DNA of 64,000 nt from Heteronotia binoei. Its lineage: Eukaryota. A program made the translations under genes and the position numbers. Below the pieces are notes generated by a model that ran no database searches, was not told the DNA's origin, and was given only the letters and a program-made list of their open reading frames with translations. The stretch spans positions 39,122,001 to 39,186,000 of the forward strand of contig NC_083224.1 in the NCBI RefSeq assembly GCF_032191835.1. Reading direction: 5' to 3'. Position 1 is the stretch's first letter; each line of letters opens with the position of its first letter. Of this stretch, positions 46,002-59,582 are shown in pieces.

Positions 46002-46294
46002 TAAAGGTAAAGGTAGTCCCCTGTGCAAGCACCAGTTGTTTCCGACTCTGGGGTAATGTTACTTTCACAATGTTTTCACAGCAGACTTTTAATGGGATGG
46101 TTTGCCATTGCCTTTCCCAGTCATATACACTTTCCCCCCAGCAAGCTGGGTACTCATTTTACTGACCTTGGAAGGATGGAAGGCTGAGTCGACCTCGAGC
46201 TGGCTACCTGAACCCAGCTCCTGTTGGAATTGAACTCAGGTCGTGTGAGCAGAGTTTAGGACTGCAGCTTTACCACTCTGCGCCACGGGGCTCT
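46002..46294 (-). mobile_element. Sauria SINE in PTGIS intron 1
   Basis: aaaggtaaaggtagtcccctgtgcaagcacc...ctgcgccacggggctc. Confidence 0.9.
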
Positions 46295-47290
46295 TATTAC
46301 AGGGAATTATAGGGAACCAAATAGTAACAAAAGGAGATTCATAATCATCAGATGGTGGTTGTTGGGTTTGATTAGAAATTTTGCTCATTATAAAAAGTTC
46401 CCTTAAATGTTGTTGCCAGTCACTTATGGTGGGAGTGGTATTGTCAATCCATTTCAGTGCCAGAGATGTGCATGCTCAGATATTAACATATGGCAATTCT
46501 CTGTTTTTAACCAACAAGTCTTGGTAGGATGTAATAAGATCCAGTTTATTTATTTCATTTGGAGCCTGTTTAAAAGGCATACAGTAAAACAGTATAATAC
46601 ATACAACAGACAATGTATTGAAACTTCATCACAAAATTAGAGGACAGTGGAATAGAAATAATATAATATATATATATAATGGGGAGTGCAGTGAAAACAA
46701 ATATGCCTTGCAGGACAGCCCCCCTCCCCCAATTCTGGTCCCAGCACTTCTGCAGAGGCAAAAAAGACTAAGGGGGATCTCTGAATAGTTAAATTTGTGT
46801 GTAATTGTGTGTAAATTGTGAGAAGAGTTAATGAAAAGAAAGGATCGCTTTAAAAAACGGTGTTGACATGAATGGTAAGATATTGTCAGCATATATGGTG
46901 ATTTTTCCTCAGTCTGGTTCTCAAGAAATGGTCTTGCATCAAAACCTCATTAATGAGGGAAAATATAGAAAACAGGCAAAACGGGGAAATTGCTAGTTAC
47001 TTGCAGGTAATTGTGCAGATTTGTTTTAAAAATGGTGCAAACTGTTCTGATTTACAGCAGCTTGGTGTCCTGAACAGGCTCTGCTGTGAGCAGTTGGATC
47101 TTGCCAACAGCTGTGTAGCACAATCTGAAGATTGCCCCATCTGCTGCACTTTAGGAAACTTTGCCACTGCATCCCATTGTTATCATATCTTGTAATCCAC
47201 TTGCTGATCAATTGAAAATGTTTTTTTTAAATCATACCTGTAATCTGCCTTGGGTTCCTGTGAGAAAGGCAGCCTGTCACATATGCTAAA

Positions 47291-47386
47291 TAATGCAGTT
47301 TCAATCCACTTCAGCGGCTGTTTGCAAGTGAATTTTGCCATTCCACATAGTAAAATCCAGGTGCAAAGTGCATCAAAAGTGCATTA
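47291..47386. repeat. Short imperfect palindromic element
   Basis: TAATGCA...TGCATTA ends with partly self-complementary interior. Confidence 0.45.
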
Positions 47387-47872
47387 CTTAGTTTGTGAGA
47401 AAGTGCTTATAAATGAAAATAATAAATAAGATTGTCATACAGAATGGTAAGCAACTTTCTGGCCTGCAAGTATCCAAGAGTCAAAAGCTGCATTTTAGCA
47501 TCCTCTGCGATACTGAAAGGAATTTTGAGGTGAGCATCTAGGAAATATGATTCATTGCAGTTCTAAAATTATGTTGCACTACAACAAATGTTTAAAATAA
47601 AATAAACTTTACTATAATTATAGTATAATTATATAGATATATATAATTACAATAATTATAACACAAAAAAGAATAAAAACTCAAACTTTACAAATATGTA
47701 CAAAAACCATGAAAAATCTGAAAAACTGATGTTAGAGTAACTTAAAAATACATCTTAGCCTTACACTATCTTGAAATTTTTCCAGTACATGGTCAGTTTC
47801 TACACCAAATTGTCTTCATACAAACCAGTCCTCTTTTGGCATCTGCTGTAATGAAACAGCTTTATTAAAAGG

Positions 47873-48150
47873 AGAAGATGATGATGATATTGGATTTATA
47901 TCCCACCCTCCACTCCAAAGAGTCTCAGTGGCTCACAATCTCCTTTACCTTCCTCCCCCACAACAGTCACCCTGTGAGGTGGGTGGGGCTGGAGAGGGCT
48001 CTCACAGCAGCTGCTCTTTCAAAGACAACCTCTGCCAGGGCTATGGCTGACCCAAGGCCATGCTAGCAGGTGCAAGTGGAGGAGTGGAGAATCAAACCCG
48101 GTTCTCCCAGATAAGAGTCCGCACACTTAACCACTACACCAAACTGGCTC
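47873..48150 (-). mobile_element. Squam3-like SINE (PTGIS intron 1)
   Basis: Reverse complement of the 20601 and 55564 family. Confidence 0.85.
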
Positions 48151-48164
48151 TCTCTGTGTATGAT

Positions 48165-48727
48165 AAGGAAAGGCTAAAGAATCTGGAACTTTTCAGTTTA
48201 GAAAAGGGATAACTAAGTGTTTTATAAATTTATGCATGGGATGGAGAGAGTTGACAAAGAGAAATTTTTCTCCCTCTTCCAAAACACTTGCTGGCATCCA
48301 ATGAAACCGATGGGCAGTAGGTTCAAGATGGACAAAAGGAAATACTACTGTACACAGAAAGTGATTAAAATGTGGAATTTGCCACCATAGGATTAAGTGA
48401 TGGCTACAGGAATAAATGACTTTAAAGGGGGATTAGATAGATTCATGATAAGTCTGTCGGCTACTAACTATGGTGGTTGAGGGGAACCTCCACATTCAGA
48501 GGGACTAAGAGACAAATCCTAAGCAGGTCTACTCAGAGTCCTACTCAGGTCTATCTATTGGTGCTTACTGCCAGGAAAGTGATTTTAGGATTGCACTGTA
48601 AGTCTTTGAATCCCAGATCCTCTGTGCCCTGTTGCCTGGGGAATCAAATTGTCCAGAGGAACTGGTTGGCTGCTGTGTGAGACAGGATGCTGGACTAGAT
48701 GGACAATTGGTCTGATCCAGCAGTGCT
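48165..48727 (+). mobile_element. CR1 3' fragment, decayed
   Basis: ERLKNLELFSLEK-like start, tttatgcatgggatggagagagttgac, and CR1 3'UTR ending ggtctgatccagcag. Confidence 0.75.
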
Positions 48728-49419
48728 CTGGTCTTGTGCTGCTAGGCACATTGTAGCTGCAGTTAACAGGTTTACAACCAACTCTGCATCCGAATTCTTT
48801 GCCAAATCTTTCAGACAACACAAAAAGAATCCCTTTAGGTTCTGATGGAATTTGATACCTTGCCATTTTGCTGATTAAACATTTGCCATGCTGAAGGCAG
48901 CCTTACCAGCCAGCGTATTGTAGATTTGCACAGTAAAAAATGGGAAGGGAATAACTTTAGTTTAATTAAACCCCCCCCACCCCCCCATTTCTTTTTGCCT
49001 CTCCTGGTCATGAAGATCAGATTACAAAAGGCCATTAAATAAATGTATTACTTGATCATATAACTTGCTGCAGTTCTGGTTGTGCCACCTACAAAAACAA
49101 GGAACAGAAAAGGTTACCAAAAAGGCAGTAGAGATGTTCAAGGGCTTGGTGTTCCTTATGTGAAAAAAGGAATAAGAGTCTGGGGCTCTGAAGTAGGGAA
49201 AAGAACAACTGGGTGGGGCCATTGTAGAGTTATGAATAATTGGATGGAACAGTTTGTATTTCTATCTCCTGTTTGTAATTGGAACCTTGGAGAAATGGGT
49301 TCAGTATTGACAAAAAGAATTTGGTATGGTGCAGTGCTGCACCAGGATTGGCTGTAAAGCTGAGGATAAAACAGAGAGCCCTATAAGCTACTCTGAGCTC
49401 CATCAAATGGAGGGGTGTG

Positions 49420-49621
49420 TGTGTGTGTTGTGAATTAAGTGTTGTCAAGTCACCTCTGACCTCTGGTGACCCTAGGAATTAATAGCCTTCAAAACAACCT
49501 GTCGCTAACAGCCTCACTCAGGTCTTGCAGAATGAGTGCCCTGGCTTTCTTGACTGAGTCCATTCATCTCATGTTGGATGTTCTTTTTTCCCTGTTACCT
49601 TCAGCTTTTCCAAGCATTATT
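49420..49621 (-). mobile_element. RTE-BovB 3' fragment
   Basis: Same 3' end sequence as 30375-30628, with a (GT)n-like tail. Confidence 0.75.
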
Positions 49622-50520
49622 CCCCCCCCCCCCCGTGAATCCTGTCTTCTCAGGGAGGGGTAAGAATGGATAAAAATTACATGTTCAGAGGTACATCTTC
49701 ATTTAATTTATGCAATGAATAGGCAATCAATAGTTCTGATAGCTTTAGGTAAGCTGAGACAAAACCTTAGATCTCCTGATTGCCTGTAAGTATTAGCCTC
49801 CACATTCTGGTTTTTAGCTATCATGGACGCAACAGGGTGAGGGCTTCTGGTGTCCTAGCCTCACTGATGGACCTCCTGATGGTACCTGGGTTTTTTTGGC
49901 CACTGTGTGACATAGAGTGTTGGAATGGAGGGGCCATTGGCCTGATCCAACATGGCTTCTCTTATGTTCTTATTGTTCATTCACAGTGGAGTTGAGAATT
50001 GTCCCCATGGGGAAGCAACCAAACACTTTGCCTCTGTATAATGTGAGAAATAGCCACAGGTCCTTGAAAACCTTAGCAAATAGGAATTAGGGTGTGAGAG
50101 CCATCTGTGGACTTGAACATCTACTGAAAAGGCTCAAGCAGTGTTCTTTTTAAAGCTCTTGGCAATCATAAACACCTTTAGTAGCATGGTATTTTTTAAC
50201 TTCTTGGTTTTGAATCATCCGGCAGGGTTGTCCGCCAAGATGTCGCTGGGCCTGCCCATTTTTAGAACAGAACTAACCACAGTTTACATAAGCTAAGCTA
50301 TTGGTCAACAATGAAAGAACGTTTGGCCTGCTGATTTTTGGCTATCACGGCAGCAAGTTTCTATTTCTGCTAAGCTTTATTGATTCAACAAAGCACTATG
50401 ACTGAAATCACTGTCAAACTCAAGGTTTAGGCCCAGTTTGCAGGGGCGGCATGGACCTTTCTTCAAGAGAAAAAGGAGTCCACTCGTAGGGACAGAGACA
50501 CCTAGTGTGGTGTGGTGGTT

Positions 50521-50830
50521 AGAATCATAGAGTTGGAAGGGGCCATACAGGACATCTAGTCCAACCGCCTGCTCAATGCAGGATCAGCCTACAGCATTCC
50601 TGGCAAGTGTTTATCCAGCTCACCACCTTCCTAGGTAGCCAATTCCACTGTTGAACAACTCTCATCATGAAAATTTTCCCCTTAATATCCAGCTGGTACC
50701 TTCCCACCCTTAATTAAAACCCATTATTGCAGCTCCTCTCCTCTGCTGCCAACAAAAACAGCTCCCTGCCCTCCTCTACATGACAGCCCTTCAAATACTT
50801 CAAGAGAGTGATCATGTCCCCCCTTAACCT
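50521..50830 (-). mobile_element. CR1 3' fragment (second subfamily)
   Basis: agaatcatagagttggaaggg...ctagtccaac, and gagagtgatcatgtcccccctt (reverse of RRLRGDMI). Confidence 0.8.
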
Positions 50831-51299
50831 TCTGCTGGATTAGGATCTAGGAGACTTTGGGCCAGTCATGCAGACTCAGTATTATCTATCTCACTGGGTT
50901 GTTGTGACGTTAAAATGGAAGAGAAGTTCCTGGTGCTTTGGGTTCCTGTTGGGGAGAAAGGCAGGGTATAAAGTAAGTGAATAGATAAATAAATGGTTCC
51001 CAGGATCAGTTCCAGGTTGGGGTGGGCGGGCAGAGAGCGCCCATGGGCCTCTTACTCTTCTTCGCTCACCACTTTCCTCTCACCACCCACCCACTTGCAA
51101 GCCCTCCCACTGCCTGCATTCATGGATGCCCACGCAACCTGGGTCCTTCTCTTGATGATGGTGGGCAGTGCACATGGCTTGGAGCCTGGGTGGCTGAATA
51201 GTTGCAGGTTGGCAGGCAGGCAGGCGGGGGAGGCACTTGGGTAGGGGGCTCTTGACATTTGGTCCCACTAGAAGCTCTAGATTTTTTTATTCCTTGGTT

Positions 51300-51575
51300 C
51301 CATCATCAACCAGAAGGGAGGCTGCAGCCAAGAAATCAGAAGGAGATTTTGGCCTATCATGAAAGCAGCTATGAAGGGGCTAGAAAAGGTCCCTAAGTGT
51401 AAGGTCGTGTCATGGAGATCAAGATAATTCATACCACAATATTCCCCAATACTATGTATGGGTGTGAAAGTTGGGCAGTGAAGGAAGCTGACAGGAAGAA
51501 AGCTGACTCACTTGAAATGAGTTTTAAAGATACCACGGACTGCCCAAAAGACAAATAAGTGGGTTCTAGATTGAA
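51300..51575 (+). mobile_element. RTE-BovB internal fragment
   Basis: Matches 7440-7720 (catcatcaacc, gaaatcagaagg, tatgggtgtgaaagttgg). Confidence 0.75.
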
Positions 51576-52371
51576 TCGTAGCCATTATCACAGCTTAAAT
51601 AGTAGGGGTATTTTGTCATGGCGATTGCTTGTTTGAGGTAGTCAGTAGAGGAATATGTCCTCTTCTTTGCTTTTCAAAATCTGGTAACCCTAAATTATGG
51701 CAGTCAGTTGGGGCACACAGGTGCAAACCTGGAAAAAATGATTCTTAACATTGCAAAACAAACTTGTTATGTCTAATTTCCTGTCTTTGGTTGTGCTGCT
51801 TCTGATAAGAAGGAAAGGGGAGGAGGGCAAAACGGAGATATCTGATACAGGGTGGGAGGGAGAAGGAAATGTACCTCCTTTCCACGGCCCATGGCTAAGA
51901 TAATGTATGTTTAATTTCCCCCCCCCCCCCCCAACAAAAACTGGCAAAAAAAACATATCCATGCATGTGTTAGCGTGCAGAAGAAGAAAAAGCAACACAT
52001 CTTCATATTTTCATTTAAAAATAAAACCAGATTGCTTTGCCTTACTTTCAGTGCCAACTTTTTCTGGCAGGACTCTTACACTCTTACACCAGCCGTCTGA
52101 TGGGCAGAAGTAGAACGGTTGAACAGGCTCCTTGCTGGCATGTGTGGTTGTCAACTGCTTTGGGAAAAAGGTCTTGTCCCTTTAATAGAGGGTCAGTGCA
52201 GAGCCAGCTTGACCATTGGGCGAGCCTAAGGGGTGATGTAAGGCTACAGAGCTTGAGGGGGACAAAAAAGGGGGCAGAAAAGGCTTGTCAAGAGGCTTCA
52301 GGGTTACTACAGGGCTCCCACCATCCAGGTGGATGCTGAAATTCTCCTGGTGTTACAGTGGATCTCCAGAG

Positions 52372-52638
52372 GAGGAGGAGAAGAGTTGGATTTATATCCC
52401 ACCCTTCACTCTGAGTCTCAGAGTGGTTTACAATCGCCTTCCCTTCCTCTCTACATAAGAGACACCGTGTGAGGTAGGTGGAGCTGCAAGAGCTCTGAGA
52501 GAACTGCTCTTGAGAGAACAGCTCTGATAGAACTGTGGCTGGCCCAAGGTCTCCCAGCTGGCTTCATGTGGAGAACTGAGGAATCAAACCCGACTCTCAA
52601 GGTTAGAATCTGCCACTCTTAACCACTACACCAAACTG
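52372..52638 (-). mobile_element. Squam3-like SINE (PTGIS intron 1)
   Basis: Reverse complement of the same family, ending ttaaccactacaccaaactg. Confidence 0.82.
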
Positions 52639-53264
52639 ACTGCTTTGGAAGGTCGACTCTATAGCACTATGACTTTATGGCACTATCCCTCCCCTCCCCA
52701 AATCCTGCTCTTACTAGGCTCTACCCCCCCCCCCCACATTTCCAGGTATTTCCCAACCCAGAGCTGGCAACCCCAGGTTACCATGTACCTGACACTGGTG
52801 GGTAATCACCAGGAATTTTTTTTGTCTCATAGTTGGGAGTCATGCAGGAATATTTGACGGCTATGAGACCTGGATTGCCTCCATTCACTCTTTGCTTTTT
52901 TGAGCTGACAGAGCTGACCTCTTGGGCTGTAGCTGCTGTCAAACAAATCCTTGCAAAAAGCTCACCTCTCTCTCTAATGAATGGGGTGATGTCAAGGTTC
53001 ATCTAGGATCTCAAAGACTTTAGGCAGCCCTGGCTAAGTAGGATGTTGTTTACCAGATGATGCTCATCTGGTCATGTAGGGGATGCTCTAGCATTTGGGT
53101 AAAAACTCTATGCTACCATAGATTTTTTTACCTGAATCCTAGAGCATCCCCAGTGCTACATGCCCAGCATGATGGCATCACTTCCAGGTGACATCATCAT
53201 ACTGCACGTAAGAAAGATCCCCTGCCGAAGCCAAGGTAGGACTTGGGAACCCTACCTGTGAGAA

Positions 53265-53492
53265 ATAAGAACACAAGAAGAGCCTTGCTGGATAAGACCA
53301 GTGGTCCATCTAGTCCAACATCCTATCTCACACAGTGGCTAGCCAGTTCCTCTGGACAGCCAACAACAACAGGGCATAAAGGCTGAGGCCTTCCCCTGAT
53401 GTTTCCTTCTGCCTCTGAATGTGGAGGTTCCCCTCAGCAACCATGGCTAGTAACCACTGATAGACATAACTTCCATGAATCTATCTAATCCT
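53265..53492 (-). mobile_element. CR1 3'UTR fragment
   Basis: aagaagagccttgctggataagaccagtggtccatctagtcc...ccatgaatctatctaatcc. Confidence 0.75.
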
Positions 53493-53858
53493 ACTGCTTA
53501 CTTCCCTCCATTTTGAGAATCATCACCCCATCCTGAGCTATTTTAAGCCTAGTAGGAAAAAACAAATTTTTCTACCAAGGATTCGAGCAGTTAAATGGGA
53601 AATGGTGTAAAGGGTTAACCTCCCCTTCAGTGCCATACTCAGTTATCTTGAACCCCTAGCATGTGCTCATTAAGGGGGGGAACCCTCCAAGATCTCTTGC
53701 ATCTCAAGCCATTGCCATCTGGAATTTACTGTTTTATAGTTCTTTGCTGTTGTTGCTTTTGTTACTAGCATTGTTTCTGAGTATTCTGGTTTTAATGTGA
53801 TTTTGTATGGTTAGCTCTAGGGCTACAAATGCAAGACAAAATTTTAGCTATGTGATGA

Positions 53859-54098
<240 letters not shown>

Positions 54099-55354
54099 TA
54101 GCATTGGCACCCACACTTAAATATGACTGTATCATTATTTTCCTCCCACCCTTTGCTGAAGGAGCTCAGGGCAGGTTACCCCCCCCCACACACACACACA
54201 CACACTATGCTGACAGCAATGCTGTGACTAGGTAGATGATGCTGAGTGAGAAAGTGACTGACCCATGAACTTTATGGTTTACTGTGTTAACTTAGAGCCG
54301 GTTTGCTTAGCAAGGGAGAGGCTGCTTTAGGAATAAAGTCCATATAAGTCATGTTGCTTTAGAAAGGAAATTAATATCCTTTATTGTTAGAGTTGACAGG
54401 CCATGCATAGCAACTAGAGCTTTGAGCGTGGGGACATTGGGGAGGGGGGGGGGGTGTTGTCATATTCACCTTTACATCATTCAGGAAAAACAAAGAAGTT
54501 ATGTTGGGTGGCTCTAGGAATTGCCAGAGACTTGATGGTAAAACCATAGAGTTTACAGTGATTCCTAGAGCTATTAAGTGTCACTTGCAGGTTGACTTTC
54601 CACAGAAGCGATGGCACAGCACAAACAGCAGCAACTTTTTAATTTTTTTTCTTCCTCTGCTGTTTCAAGGGACAGTGGGCAACAAGGGCTGCTAGCAGGA
54701 GGCAGGAGTGTAGCCAGGGGTTTTTTTTAGGTTGAGGGGCTTTTAAAAAATTCAGGGGGCACCTGACCTTAAAAAGCAGGGCCAGCAGGCTAGATCTTCC
54801 TACTCTCATTCTCCCCTCCTGCTCAGAACAGGCGGAAGGAAGGCTACAGAGGAAATGACCTAGCCACCTAATTAGCTGTATTGCCCCTTCTGGAGTAATG
54901 GTGTGCTTGGTACAAAGAGACATTTGTACTTGCAGTGTGTGGCAGAATGGGGGTTTGAAACTGGGTTTCCCAAGTCTCAGTCCAGTGTGGTCATCTACAG
55001 ATACGGCTATTTGGTGAGTAGTTTTGGACTGAGGATTTACCCTCCTGGTTTCCCTCTTTTCAGTGTTTCTCAGCTCAGTCTTCCATTTATGAAACAGAAC
55101 TCATACTGCGAGAGTGACCAAAATTATGCTTGAAATGCATTTTTTCACTTTGCTATATAAATGACAGTAAATACAATTGACACTGATTTGTGCTGGATGA
55201 TAATGAAAATAACTGAACATGGAATCAGAAAGCTATCTTAGAGATGTCTTGTTTCCTGTACTTTTTGCTTATTTGTAAAATGCATTAATTTCCTTTCATT
55301 CAAACACAGGAAGATTGATATGTTTTGTGACTGGCTTGGTTGTTTTTCTTGAAG

Positions 55355-55533
55355 ATTAAAGCTGCAGGGAAATTCATCACAGTCTTATTGGACCCCCGTT
55401 CCTATGATGCGGTGCTCTGGGAATCTCGCTGCAAGCTGGACTTCGGTCAGTACGCACGCCTTTTAATGGACCGCATGTTTGATGTCCGGCTGCCAGATTA
55501 TGACCCTAATGCAGAGAAAGTCATGCTGAGATC
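55355..55533 (+). CDS. PTGIS: Prostacyclin synthase, coding exon 3
   Basis: Acceptor ttttcttgaag|, donor TC|GTAAGT, 179 nt, phase 0 to 2. Encodes IKAAGKFITVLLDPRSYDAVLWESRCKLDFGQYARLLMDRMFDVRLPDYDPNAEKVMLR. Confidence 0.96.
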
Positions 55534-55563
55534 GTAAGTGCAACATTTTTTAGATTTTTTTAG

Positions 55564-55790
55564 AGAGCCAGTTTGGTGGTTAAGTGCATGGACTCTTATC
55601 TGGGAGAACCGGGTTTGATTCCCCACTCCTCCACTTGCACCAGTTGGAATGGCCTTGGGTCAGCCATAGCTCTGGCAGAGGTTGTCCTTGAAAGGGCAGC
55701 TGCCTTGAGAGCCCTCTCAGCCCCACCCACCTCACAGGGTGTCTGTTGTGGGGGGAGAAGATAGGAGATTGTAAGCCGCTCTGAGTCTCT
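55564..55790 (+). mobile_element. Squam3-like SINE (PTGIS intron 3)
   Basis: Same family; begins about 30 nt after the exon 3 donor. Confidence 0.85.
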
Positions 55791-56398
55791 GACACAAAGT
55801 GTGCCTCAATAATGATTTAAGCAAGACAGAATATGATAAAAGCACAATCACACATCCCTCCAAAACAGAATTCGTTAAACTGAGGTCTGGGAAGGTGTTC
55901 TATGTGGGTTGTAACTCCTTTGTAAGGACAGGAGAGACTTTCTTGTGGCTACCGTGAAAATGGAGCCTACTCGCTTTTCTAGAAAAAGGAGCACGGGGCC
56001 TCTGTTTTATGGGATTTAATGTGGGCAGCCATAGATCCTCTAGGTAACTGGTCCTCAACTGGTACCTTTCTGTGAACCCACCAAGTATTTTTGGAAAGTA
56101 GGCAGAGCCAAGCAGGGCTTTCTCCCAGCAAGGCTTTTGATTGGCAGTGCAGGTTGTTTTTTAAAGTTGTTTTGGCAGCAGGTGCCTTCACAGACCAAAG
56201 ATCTTTACCATGCGACTGAAAGTACGCTATGGCAGCCATTTTACAACTGGTTCTATCTCCTGTGGCAGCCATTTTGTGACTATGTCTGCCATGCTGTGTT
56301 ACAATTCCAAAGGTGCTCATTGGCTCAAAAAAGTTGAGGACCCCTGTTCTAGGTGATTCCTAGAGAGGCATGGCATGGCTGCCCCTCCATGTCCCCAC

Positions 56399-56756
56399 TG
56401 AGGGTTGCCTGGTCTTACCTGGCTCCTGGCAGGGGGAAGTTTCTTGCACACACAAAGCAGAAGTGGCGTAATTGCACTGGGCATGTTGTGTAGGAACTCT
56501 CTAACAATTTGGGTAAAAACTCTATGGTGCTATAGAGTTTTTAGCCAAATTGCTAGAGCATCCCCGTCTGATGTGCCCTGCACAATGATATCATTTCTGG
56601 GTGATGTTATTGCACTGGGTGCAATGGAGCTCTTTGGAGGCAGCCAGCCAGCTCCATGCTGGGGGGTTGGGGGCCCCAAAACTGAGGGAAAACCCCACCC
56701 CAGTGGGAGGCCCGAAATCCTGTCCCCACTCCATTCTCCTAGGCCTGGCAGCCCTA
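56399..56756. mobile_element. TAGGGTTGCC-type MITE with a central 60-bp palindrome
   Basis: Ends AGGGTTGCC / GGCAGCCCTA; palindrome at 56499-56558. A related copy lies at about 53040-53254. Confidence 0.65.
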
Positions 56757-58536
56757 CTACCAAATAAATTATGTAACAAATTGTTGCACCCTGAGGGGTT
56801 TGGAGGTTTGGAAACCATTAGACTGCACTGTATTTTAACGAAAAGATGTGTGGCAAGGAAGACCCTCAAGGTAGCCTGCCCCAGCATAGATCAGGCTCTT
56901 CCCCATAGATCAGATCCTTTCCCTCAGAATGACCATTTGACTTGCCAGAAGGGTGTTGCAGAGTTTTGGCAGCCAGTCTTAAATGATGATGCTTCTTCCA
57001 ATAATATGAGGGGAAAGTTCACATTCCTTCCACAAATCAAAATTGCTAAATCTCCCCTTCTCTCGATCTTAGGCAATAACTCAAGCCCAGTGCAACATAT
57101 CCATCTAGCAATCAATTTTTTTAGTGAAGGGACTAGATTTATTATATTTCCATCTTTGAGCAAGCAAAAGATTTTTGCTGCAATGAAAAGATTACAAATC
57201 ATCTCTCTTGGGGATTTCATAAGAACTCCCCCCCCCCCGCCCCAAAGTAGCTGCATTTAAAACTTTGGGATCTGTTGGATTAAATTCCCTGCAAGGAGTA
57301 GAAAGCACATCATGAAATAAGCTACAATGGAATTCTTCCTGACATGCTTGCTTTTCATTGGCAGGGCATCTTTGAAATGAGAGGGCATTCAATCAAACAA
57401 ATCGCCCCTACACCCATCTCCATATTTAAGACCTGGAGGCCCTTAATGCACTGTTTAGTGTGTGTGATCACAGCCATTGTTTCATAGGCTACAATTCCTT
57501 CCGCCAAAAGGACAGTTGTCCTCAAAGCATGACTTCCCTTGCTTCTCTACAGCCCTAAATGCCCCATGTGAAATGCTTGCAGGGAGTCTGAGGTCTGCCA
57601 CGGGGGGGGGGGGGGGGGGGGCAGAATGGTGACAAGTGCAGTTGCCTGGCTTGCCTAATGACAGTGCTGGCCCTGGAGATTCTATCACATTATTTACAGC
57701 TGCTTGTCATAAGGAACTCAGCAGCAGCGGCGGAGATTTATTAGTGGTGGTTCTTGAAGGAGGTGTCCCATAGGATCTCATCTTTAAAAGGCACCAGGTT
57801 TTTTATGGGTTGTAATTTAACATCTCTTGGAGACATTGATCTCTTCACAAGCCACATCAGTCCCTTTACTATCAAGTGGGGGTGGGGAGCAGCAGCATCG
57901 GAATATAAACAGGCAAAACCTCAGAGTTTACACTGGCAAATGAAAAGAAAACACAAATACCACAGAGAAATGATGAAACTGGGACCCACAAGAGTGGAAC
58001 TTCTGGATAATCATGTTTACTCTGCAGATGGAACTGAGAGAGAAGAAAAGGGGCTGTGTGTTTGGGAACAGTCCTGCATAGCCAGCAATTATACCAACTT
58101 CAAATTTGGCTAATCTCAAGATATCTAATAAGAAGTGATTCTTTTCTTTCTTTATTAGACACATAAGGGAAAATAAAACACTTAAATGTGTAAGCAAAAC
58201 AATCCATAAATTAAAATAACAGGATTATAAAGTTTAACAGTTGTATGAACTCAAGGGTGACCATAATTTCAGAATATAATTTAAAATTGGATTATAATCC
58301 AGGGAGCAGCAACTACAGACCAGTCTCATTGTTAATCCAGGAGAGGACAGACCTAACAGATGATGATCATAAATCCAAGTCTACAATAGTACATGCAGCT
58401 GAAAATATGAAATAATTCCCATTCAAAGTGTAGTGGGCTGGCTGAACTGAGTTGTTATGAAGGCACAAAGCTATTTTATGTATTAACAACAAAGCAACCA
58501 AAATGCAGTTAGCAAACTACAGGATCCTCAGCAGGA

Positions 58537-58742
58537 CATGAACTCTTGAATCTGCCTTATACTGAATCAAACCATTGGTCCATCAAGGTCAGCATTGTCT
58601 ACTCAGACTGGCAGCAGCTCTCCAGGACTTCAAGTACAGGTCTTTCACCTCCTGCCTGGTTCTTTTAACTGGAGATGCTGAGGACTGAACCTGGGATCTT
58701 CTGCATGCAAAGCAGAGGCTCTTCCACTGAGCCACAGCCCAT
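58537..58742 (-). mobile_element. Squam2-like SINE (PTGIS intron 3)
   Basis: Reverse complement of the same family. Confidence 0.78.
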
Positions 58743-59438
58743 CCCATAACTGCATTGCAAATGATACTGGAAAGCAATGGAAGTTATCTGAAGGAAATAT
58801 TTTTGGTTTTTTCTCTCACATCACAAGAAAATGAAATTTTCCTGCATTGTGCAGGGGGTTGGACTAGATGACCCCGGGGGATCCCTTCCAACTCTATGAT
58901 TCTATGAAATGTTTAGGAATTTAGCCTAAAGAGGAAAAAATGAAAATAAAATTATTTATTTAAAACATTTAAAGTTAAATCAAAAATATGTTTTAATAGT
59001 GATATTATTATGGAAGGAGGGACTCATAAAGGCAAAAACATCTAGGGCCCACAAAAGTCATAATGCAGCCCTGCCCTTAAGGTGTCAGCAGAGTAACTGT
59101 AGAAGACACCACTGATCTCATTTTGGTTAATGAAGCCAGTGTAGTGTGCAGATAGTGTTAGACATAGACCTGAAGGGACTTGGGATCAAATCCTTGAATA
59201 ACAGCTAAATCAGACAAGATGGGTACCCCCAGATTTGCATCACAGATCTCTTCAGGTCTATGGCTGTCATTTTAGAGTCTCCACCCAGGAACTCTTTTAT
59301 ACTGAGGGCCCAGTTCTGGTCAGGACCATCGCTGTGCAAGGGGAGGGGGGAATCCTGCTCTCCCCTGCACCACTTTTCTGACCTAAAATGGCAATGGGGA
59401 GCATTATTTGCTTTATAATGTGACTTCTGCTTCCACAG

Positions 59439-59582
59439 GACTCTACAGAACAAAAACCTCCCTTCACTAACAAAGGCGATGCTCTTCAATTTACAAACCA
59501 TTCTGCTTTCCGACCCAAATAAGGCCAATCGGCAATGGGAGGAAGAAGGTCTATTTCATCTTGCCTACAGTACGATGTTTAG
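59439..59582 (+). CDS. PTGIS: Prostacyclin synthase, coding exon 4
   Basis: Acceptor cttctgcttccacag|, donor AG|GTAAGT, 144 nt. Encodes TLQNKNLPSLTKAMLFNLQTILLSDPNKANRQWEEEGLFHLAYSTMF, which aligns by eye to human TLLHRELQALTEAMYTNL...W.E.GL..FSYS. Confidence 0.95.

Noticed and set aside
47560-47850. Possible decayed L1 3' end on the minus strand (KEDW...KLT-like fragments)
   Set aside because: Similarity is too fragmentary to call without an alignment.
57601-57621. G20 run (and C18 at about 60253-60270) as functional G-quadruplexes
   Set aside because: Pure homopolymers are common throughout this window, and their lengths are unreliable in assemblies; nothing supports function.
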